This document shows positions 58,313 through 64,000 of a stretch of 64,000 nucleotides of DNA, in pieces (position 1 is the stretch's first letter; each line of letters begins with the position of its first letter). The stretch is taken from assembly GCA_963664705.1 (NCBI GenBank), contig OY761556.1, positions 3,808,001 to 3,872,000 on the forward strand. Direction: 5' to 3'. This DNA is from Acidobacteriota bacterium (lineage in GTDB: Bacteria; Acidobacteriota; UBA6911). The notes under the pieces were generated by a model, which was given only the letters and a program-made list of their open reading frames with translations, made no database searches and had not been told where the DNA came from. Made by a program: the position numbers and the translations under genes.

Positions 58313-61288
58313 CTAAATCAGCCGGACGGAATCAACAGTCAGGGTACAAACTCCGAATTCCTCGCCAACTACACCGGTCAGCACATAAGGCCGGGAACGG
58401 TTCAAAATGTGACAAAACCGCGCATAGGCCTTTGGAAAAAAAACGGTCTCGTACAACGCCGTCGTATCTTCAAAACTGATAAATTCCATCGGTTCATCAT
58501 CCTTTGTCGTAACCAGTTTTCCCGTCACCCACCAACCGATGGTCGTGACATGCTTTCCGACATACCGGCAAAGATCTTTGCCTCTGACATATCTCATCCT
58601 CGAGAGTTGCTGGGAGTAGAGCGACAGCGGATGCCGGCTGATAAGGAAATCCAGCGTCTCCAGTTCATGTTCTAAAATGGTTCGCGGGCTGTACTGCGGA
58701 ACCCGAGGCGGAACCACCTGCGGCATATCGTGAAATAGAGACCGGGTCACCGCACGGCGCGATATCCGTGTTTCATGCCACGACAGTGCCTGCCAGATCA
58801 TCGCCGGCCGCGTCGCCCCCTGGGCAATGCGGTCAAAAGCGCCTGCCTTGATCAGAACCTTTACGTCGGAAATATCGATATCCACGCGACAGAGAAAATC
58901 CTCGAGCGAACGGAAGGGGCTTTTGCCGCGCGCCGCCAACACCGCCTGGAGTGCACTTTCGCGAAGACCTTTGATCTGCATGAGCCCGACCCGTACGGTC
59001 CGCCCCTGTCCCCAGTATGCTTTGCGGCTCTCGTTGATATCGGGAAGAAGCACCTGCAATCCCATGCGACGGGATTCGGACACATACGCAAAAGAAGAAT
59101 AGTATCCACCCTGGTTCGTCAGAACAGCCGCAATGAACTCCGCCGGATAGTGCGCGCGCAGATACCCGGATTTGTAGGACACCAGCGCATAGGAAGCAGA
59201 GTGCGGCTTGCAGAACGAATATCCGGAAAAACTCATGATCATTTCCCAGACTTCTTCAACGATATTCCGCGGAACTCCACGCTCAACCGCCCCTGCAAAA
59301 AACATCTCCCGGTAATCTTCCAGTTTCCTGCCGGCCCGTTTCTTGGAAAGGATCTTTCGAAGCAGATCCGCATTGGACGCATCGAATCCGGCCATTGCCA
59401 TTGCAATCCTGGAAACATCCTCCTGGTACACCATGATCCCGTACGTCTCCCGCAGCACTTCATCCAGGATGGAATGCAGCGGCTCATAACTGCCTCCCCT
59501 CAACCGGCGCACGTATTCACGAATGTACTTGTTGGCAGCGGGGCGTATGATCGAACTGTGAATCACAAGGTGATCGAAATCTCCCGTCCCGCACTTCTGC
59601 TGGAGCTGGCGCATGGCGGGAGATTCTGTGTAAAACACTCCGATTGTATCCCCCCGGCGAAACAGGTCCTGGGTTTTGGCATCCGTAGTCGGGTCCCATA
59701 GATCGTAGTCGATTTCGACACCGTGGTTCTCTTTAACGGCGGCCAAAGCATCCCGAATGACCGCGAGCGACCGGTTTCCGAGCAGATCGATCTTGATCAG
59801 ACCGGCGTCTTCCGCCTGGTCCTTTTCCCATTGAATGATCGGAACCCCTTTCGGTGCCGGCTGCACCGGGACATACCGATCAATTCTGTCGGGTACAACC
59901 ACAATGCCGCCACAATGAACCGACATGTAGCGCGGAAATCCTTTCAGCCTGCCGGCGAGACGAATGATTTCGGGCCAGGGAGCTTTCAACTCCATGTCTT
60001 TGTAAACGGGTTGGTGATCGATCATGTCCTGCAGGTGAGACAGCGACCAGTAATACCCCATGCGTTGCGTGACCGCTTTGATCTCCTGCTCCGGCAATCC
60101 GTACACTTTCGCGATCTCCCGCGTGGCCGCACGGGGGCGAAACCCGACATGGTTCGAAATCATTGCGGCTCGCGCCGCACCATATTTCTGAAAAACATAA
60201 TCGAAGACGGCATCTCTCTCGTCCCAGGGGAAATCGATGTCGATGTCGGGTGGATCCGAGCGCCCTTCGTTCAGGAAACGCTCGAAGAAGAGATTGTGGG
60301 TCACCGGCTCCACATGCGTGATCCCAAGACAATAGGCAACGAGGCTCGCAGCGGCGGACCCCCGGCCGCACGTCCGATTTGACTGCCGCACAATATCCCG
60401 TACCACCAGGAAGTAAGTGGCAAAGCCCTTATCTTTGATAATCTTCAATTCGTGATCGAGGCGCTTCAGCACGGAATCCGACAGCTCGCCATACCTCCGC
60501 TCCGCCCCTCGATAACACTCTTCTTTCAGGTGCTCAAAAGTATCCGATTCCGGACTGTCAAAGGACGGAAACACAAAGGCACCAATTCCGAGATCCGAAG
60601 AACAATCCGCGGCAATGCGCTCTGTATTTTCCAAAGCCCTGGTGAGGTGTGGATACCGGCGAACCATGTCGGATTCCGGCTTGAGCCAGCTGTCCATTCG
60701 CGCAAGCTCATTGGGCGGGATTCGCGACAACGATGTATTCAGATCAATGGCGCGCAGAAGCCGATGCAGTTCAAAATCCGCTGCATCCACAAAATAGACA
60801 TCATTGGTCGCAACCGGAGGGATCCCGGTTTCGCGGGAAAATTTGATCAGCGGCGCTTCAATCGCAGGGTTGCTTAATTCTACAAAAAGCTGCGAAGTAC
60901 CATCCTGTTTCCCAAGCGACTGCAGGAGCGGAATCTGATCGCTGAGTACAATCAGATGTTCCCTGTTCTCTTTCAGCATCCGGCTCAGACAAAAATTGGA
61001 ATCAAACTGACACCGGGAAATGATGCGGCAAAGCGTTTCATAGCCGCTCCGGTTCCGCACCAGCAGCGTCGCATGCTCCTGGGTTGTCCGCAACTCCGCA
61101 CCGACAATCGGGCGCAAACCGCGCTCCGCGGCCTGCTGGAGAAACCAGATCAGTCCGTACACACCGTTGATGTCGGTCAACGCCATCGATGACATGCCGC
61201 GCGCTAAAACGGCATCCACGAGTTCCTCAATTCTGCCGGCTCCGCGGCAGAATGAAAAATTGGAGTGTACGTGAAGGTGTGTGAACAT
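58313..61288 (-). CDS. dnaE2: Second DNA polymerase III alpha (DnaE2-like, presumed error-prone)
   Basis: HLHVHS PHP domain, GRGSAA, PPDIDIDF, KIDLLG, FSGYSFCKPH, OB fold; ATG at 61288; located beside a Y-family gene. Confidence 0.85.
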   Translation of the reverse strand: MFTHLHVHSNFSFCRGAGRIEELVDAVLARGMSSMALTDINGVYGLIWFLQQAAERGLRPIVGAELRTTQEHATLLVRNRSGYETLCRIISRCQFDSNFCLSRMLKENREHLIVLSDQIPLLQSLGKQDGTSQLFVELSNPAIEAPLIKFSRETGIPPVATNDVYFVDAADFELHRLLRAIDLNTSLSRIPPNELARMDSWLKPESDMVRRYPHLTRALENTERIAADCSSDLGIGAFVFPSFDSPESDTFEHLKEECYRGAERRYGELSDSVLKRLDHELKIIKDKGFATYFLVVRDIVRQSNRTCGRGSAAASLVAYCLGITHVEPVTHNLFFERFLNEGRSDPPDIDIDFPWDERDAVFDYVFQKYGAARAAMISNHVGFRPRAATREIAKVYGLPEQEIKAVTQRMGYYWSLSHLQDMIDHQPVYKDMELKAPWPEIIRLAGRLKGFPRYMSVHCGGIVVVPDRIDRYVPVQPAPKGVPIIQWEKDQAEDAGLIKIDLLGNRSLAVIRDALAAVKENHGVEIDYDLWDPTTDAKTQDLFRRGDTIGVFYTESPAMRQLQQKCGTGDFDHLVIHSSIIRPAANKYIREYVRRLRGGSYEPLHSILDEVLRETYGIMVYQEDVSRIAMAMAGFDASNADLLRKILSKKRAGRKLEDYREMFFAGAVERGVPRNIVEEVWEMIMSFSGYSFCKPHSASYALVSYKSGYLRAHYPAEFIAAVLTNQGGYYSSFAYVSESRRMGLQVLLPDINESRKAYWGQGRTVRVGLMQIKGLRESALQAVLAARGKSPFRSLEDFLCRVDIDISDVKVLIKAGAFDRIAQGATRPAMIWQALSWHETRISRRAVTRSLFHDMPQVVPPRVPQYSPRTILEHELETLDFLISRHPLSLYSQQLSRMRYVRGKDLCRYVGKHVTTIGWWVTGKLVTTKDDEPMEFISFEDTTALYETVFFPKAYARFCHILNRSRPYVLTGVVGEEFGVCTLTVDSVRLI

Positions 61289-61325
61289 AGCCGTTAGTGG
61301 GCGGTGAGCAGTAGGCAGTGACGCA

Positions 61326-62498
61326 TCAGACCGTATTGAGACCCACGGCCGACTGCCGACTGATGACCGCCTTGCCAAAACGTTGACGTAAACTATCCAA
61401 CGCCGATTCCAATTTCGACTGGCGGACCGGTTTCGGATCCGCAAACAGTTCCAGTTGAATCGACCCGGCGGAAAGATCCGTCAGACGAAGGTGTATGCGT
61501 CGCACCCGTGTACGCCGCTGAAGAACTCGATCCAACCCCGTAAGCGCATGAGTATAAAGCCCGGCAGAAGACTGTATCGGTGGGCTCAGCTTGAACTTGT
61601 TTCCGTCGTCCCGGTAATCCGCATACAGAACACCCAACTCCAATTGTCCGGCTCGCTGTTTTCTTTCACGAAGCCGTTCCCCGGCTTCCTCACACAAGTC
61701 GAACAGCACACGCCGCAGCAAGTCGTAGTCATTGCTGTCTTCCGGGAGCACCCGTTCCACGTCCAGGGCCGGAATCGTCCGCAAAGGATTTACCGGTGTG
61801 CTGTCAATTCCCAGGGCACGCTGGTGCAGCACAATCCCAAACCGCCCGAAAGCCAGCGAGAGGTGCGCCGGATCCATCGCCGCAATATCGTGGATAAGGC
61901 AAATGTTGAGATCCTTCAATTGAACTTCGGTCCGGGTTCCAATGCCAGGAAGAAACCGTACCGGCAAAGGGGAAAGAAACGACGACTCATCTCCAGGCGG
62001 AACATCCTGCAGACCGGCCGGGCGCTCGACAACTTCCGACGCGATTCTGCTGACCATCTTATTGGATGCAACTCCAAGTGAACTGTCCAATCGCAGCCGT
62101 TGCCGGATCTCCTTCTGGGCTTTCCATGCCGTATCGCGGGGCGGTCCGAAAAGTCTCCCGGTTCCCGTGATATCTAGATACGCATGCCCATGGCCGGACG
62201 GTTCGAGCACAGGAGAAAAGCTCTCCAGTACGCGAAAAATCGCACGGGATGCCCTCAAATAGAGAGACTCATTCGGGGGAAGCACAATAGCGCTTCTGCA
62301 ATAACGCATCGCTTTTGCCAGCACCATCCCTTTGCGGACGCCCGCCTTCCATGCTTCACCCGAAAGCGCTGTTACAACGGAACGGGAGGCCCCCAAAGGC
62401 GACACGATCACCGGCTTCCCGCGCAGTTCTGGATGAACTACCCGCTCTACGGCCACAGGAAAACTGTTTACCGTCAGATAGATGATCTCTCGTTCCAT
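61326..62498 (-). CDS. Catalytically degenerate Y-family polymerase (ImuB-like) with a clamp motif
   Basis: YLTVNSF replaces HVDMDAF; SGHGHAYLD replaces SVDEAFLD; QLELF near the C-terminus. Confidence 0.8.
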   Translation of the reverse strand: MEREIIYLTVNSFPVAVERVVHPELRGKPVIVSPLGASRSVVTALSGEAWKAGVRKGMVLAKAMRYCRSAIVLPPNESLYLRASRAIFRVLESFSPVLEPSGHGHAYLDITGTGRLFGPPRDTAWKAQKEIRQRLRLDSSLGVASNKMVSRIASEVVERPAGLQDVPPGDESSFLSPLPVRFLPGIGTRTEVQLKDLNICLIHDIAAMDPAHLSLAFGRFGIVLHQRALGIDSTPVNPLRTIPALDVERVLPEDSNDYDLLRRVLFDLCEEAGERLRERKQRAGQLELGVLYADYRDDGNKFKLSPPIQSSAGLYTHALTGLDRVLQRRTRVRRIHLRLTDLSAGSIQLELFADPKPVRQSKLESALDSLRQRFGKAVISRQSAVGLNTV

Positions 62499-62502
62499 GA
62501 TT

Positions 62503-62582
62503 TCAATTTACGATTTACGATTGACGAATGACGATTGAAAAGCGACGTGTCTTGCTCCATTCGTCAATCGTAAATCGTAAAT
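62503..62582. repeat. Heptamer inverted array (ATTTACG)n...(CGTAAAT)n within the DUF72 3' end
   Basis: A related degenerate copy lies at 29636-29704. Confidence 0.65.
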
Positions 62583-63341
62583 CCCCAGTTCTTCCAGCAG
62601 CATGCGGGCATTGATCACCGCTTGGCCCCTCCAGGGATTATTCATAAAGACCAGGACCCGTTCACACTCCGCTTCCAGCCGCCGGATCTCCGGCACCACG
62701 GCGGCAAGTTCCGCCCGGCTGTACAGGTAATCGTGCTGGGCCGATCCATCCCCTTTCAGCCACCTGGACTGATTGCGGCCCTGGAAGCGGATATACGCCA
62801 TTCCTGCCGTAGCACAGTAGAAGGTCTTTTCCGTCAGGTTGGCCCCCCCATCCACACACGCAAGCATCACGCGGGCAGAAGCCAGATGTTTTGCCGCTCT
62901 GGACGAATTCCAGTCGGGACAGCCGAATTCGGCAATCAGAGGCACCCCTTCCAGTAAATCCCGGAGCCGACACACCCGGTCGAAGTTGTCCCGAATGAAA
63001 TCAAATCCAGGCGGAAACTGGGCCAGAACACCCGACACCTGCCCGGACTCCCTCAGGGGCCATATGGCACTGCAGAAACGCCGGGCCAACTCTACGTCGG
63101 CCACAGGCTCCTGAGATAACCGGGCAGGAAGGCGGAGCACAAATTGCACCGCCCCGCGCGTCTCATCCGCAATCTGCTGGACAGCGGAAACCTCGGGAAT
63201 CCGGAAGTATGTGAATCCGATCTCGCAGCAATTGAAATGCCGACCGTAATACCGCAGCCAGAAGTCCGGATTCAAATTCCTCGGATAAAAAACCGATACC
63301 CAATCTCGATATTGAAAGCCGCTTGTTCCCACCAGAATCAT
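62508..63341 (-). CDS. DUF72 (YecE-like) TIM-barrel protein
   Basis: ILVGTSGFQY.DW..FYP, LAQFPP.F, YIRFQGRN, DYLYS..EL, FMNN. Confidence 0.8.
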   Translation of the reverse strand: MILVGTSGFQYRDWVSVFYPRNLNPDFWLRYYGRHFNCCEIGFTYFRIPEVSAVQQIADETRGAVQFVLRLPARLSQEPVADVELARRFCSAIWPLRESGQVSGVLAQFPPGFDFIRDNFDRVCRLRDLLEGVPLIAEFGCPDWNSSRAAKHLASARVMLACVDGGANLTEKTFYCATAGMAYIRFQGRNQSRWLKGDGSAQHDYLYSRAELAAVVPEIRRLEAECERVLVFMNNPWRGQAVINARMLLEELGIYDLRLTNGARHVAFQSSFVNRKS

Positions 63342-63376
63342 GCGGCCAAGATAGGTGAAAATTAGGTGAAAATCAA
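63342..63376 (-). promoter_or_regulatory. Promoter TTGATT-17-TATCTT, likely leaderless, with a TTTTCACCTA tandem repeat in the spacer
   Basis: -35 at 63371-63376, -10 at 63348-63353, ATG 6 nt further on; plus-strand TAGGTGAAAA at 63352-63361 and 63363-63372. Confidence 0.6.
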
Positions 63377-63612
63377 GTTAGAAAATACTAATTATATTTC
63401 CAGTACCATCCGGCGATATTGCGAATTCCGGGAAATCCGTAGCCGATTTAAAGCTCCTTTTTACCACCAATTGCACGAAACTCCGGACATTTCCCCCTCC
63501 GACATACTTTTTAGAATTTTCATGTCTTCCCCAATCGGCCATCAGGTGTAATATCGGGCAGAAGTGAACACGCCGGGCAAGGCACTGAATGAACCTAAGG
63601 ATCGGATGACTG

Positions 63613-64000
63613 ATGGAACAAGAACCTCGACAAATCAATTTCGCCTTTATCGGATTCGGACATGTTGGCCGGGCATTCGCACGTCTGTTGATCGATCGGC
63701 GAAAATGGCTGCTCAAGGAGTACGGGCTCGAGTGGAAACTCACCGGGATCGCGACTCAGAATCATGGCACAGCCATTGACCGCGAGGGGCTCCCGATCAA
63801 AAAAATTCTCGGATCCTGGAAACGACATTCCAATCTGGACCAATTCAACAACGGGCCTGCCGTGGTTTCCCACACAGATTTTATTCGTCAATGCGGAGCC
63901 GACGTTCTGTTTGAAATGAGTGTTCTGAACCTGAGCGGCGAGCCGGCGGCCACCTACATCCGCGAAGCTCTCGGCGCAGGGCTCCATGTGATTACGACAA
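63613..64000 (+). CDS. hom: Homoserine dehydrogenase, 5' part (runs off the window)
   Basis: MEQEPRQINFAFIGFGHVGRAF...GEPAATYIREALGAGLHVITT; Rossmann GxGxxG; not in the ORF track because it lacks a stop. Confidence 0.8.
   Translation, partial: MEQEPRQINFAFIGFGHVGRAFARLLIDRRKWLLKEYGLEWKLTGIATQNHGTAIDREGLPIKKILGSWKRHSNLDQFNNGPAVVSHTDFIRQCGADVLFEMSVLNLSGEPAATYIREALGAGLHVITT

Noticed and set aside
61289-61444. N-terminal extensions in the ORF track (dnaE2, dch, uvrD, hisH, hisD, bamC and others)
   Set aside because: They overlap upstream genes or repeats; downstream starts fit family N-termini better

Overview
Bacterial chromosomal window with no rRNA, tRNA, CRISPR array or intact transposase. 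Bases 1-23 kb form one minus-strand cluster for anaerobic aromatic degradation. In order it encodes oah/had/dch (bamA/Q/R), a winged-HTH-GNAT fusion gene with its own promoter and direct repeat, a complete tungsten-dependent class II benzoyl-CoA reductase (bamBCDEFGHI), an SDR, a thiolase, a family III CoA-transferase and a Tat-less Mo-enzyme/Fe-S/NrfD trio (PadBCD-like). bamF carries an in-frame UGA (selenocysteine) that the ORF track misses. The rest is housekeeping and accessory: uvrD/pcrA, an APC permease, nfo, glgC, hisDCBHAFI, aminopeptidase P, dinB, a carboxyltransferase, feoB plus a DtxR-FeoA regulator, a copA-like ATPase with an exactly duplicated YHS domain, an unannotated 44-aa membrane peptide, a REC-HD-GYP protein, a ParB-N plus SplB-like radical SAM pair, a TPR-like protein, a CoA transferase, an AlaDH-like protein, cytochrome c peroxidase, a gluzincin-like lipoprotein, an ALDH7-like dehydrogenase, a DUF72 / inactive Y-polymerase / DnaE2 cassette and a partial homoserine dehydrogenase. 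Intergenic DNA is rich in REP-like palindromes and 7-/9-mer inverted arrays, one of which encloses a decayed GxxExxY gene. All family assignments come from motif recognition and recalled family knowledge, not from database searches.
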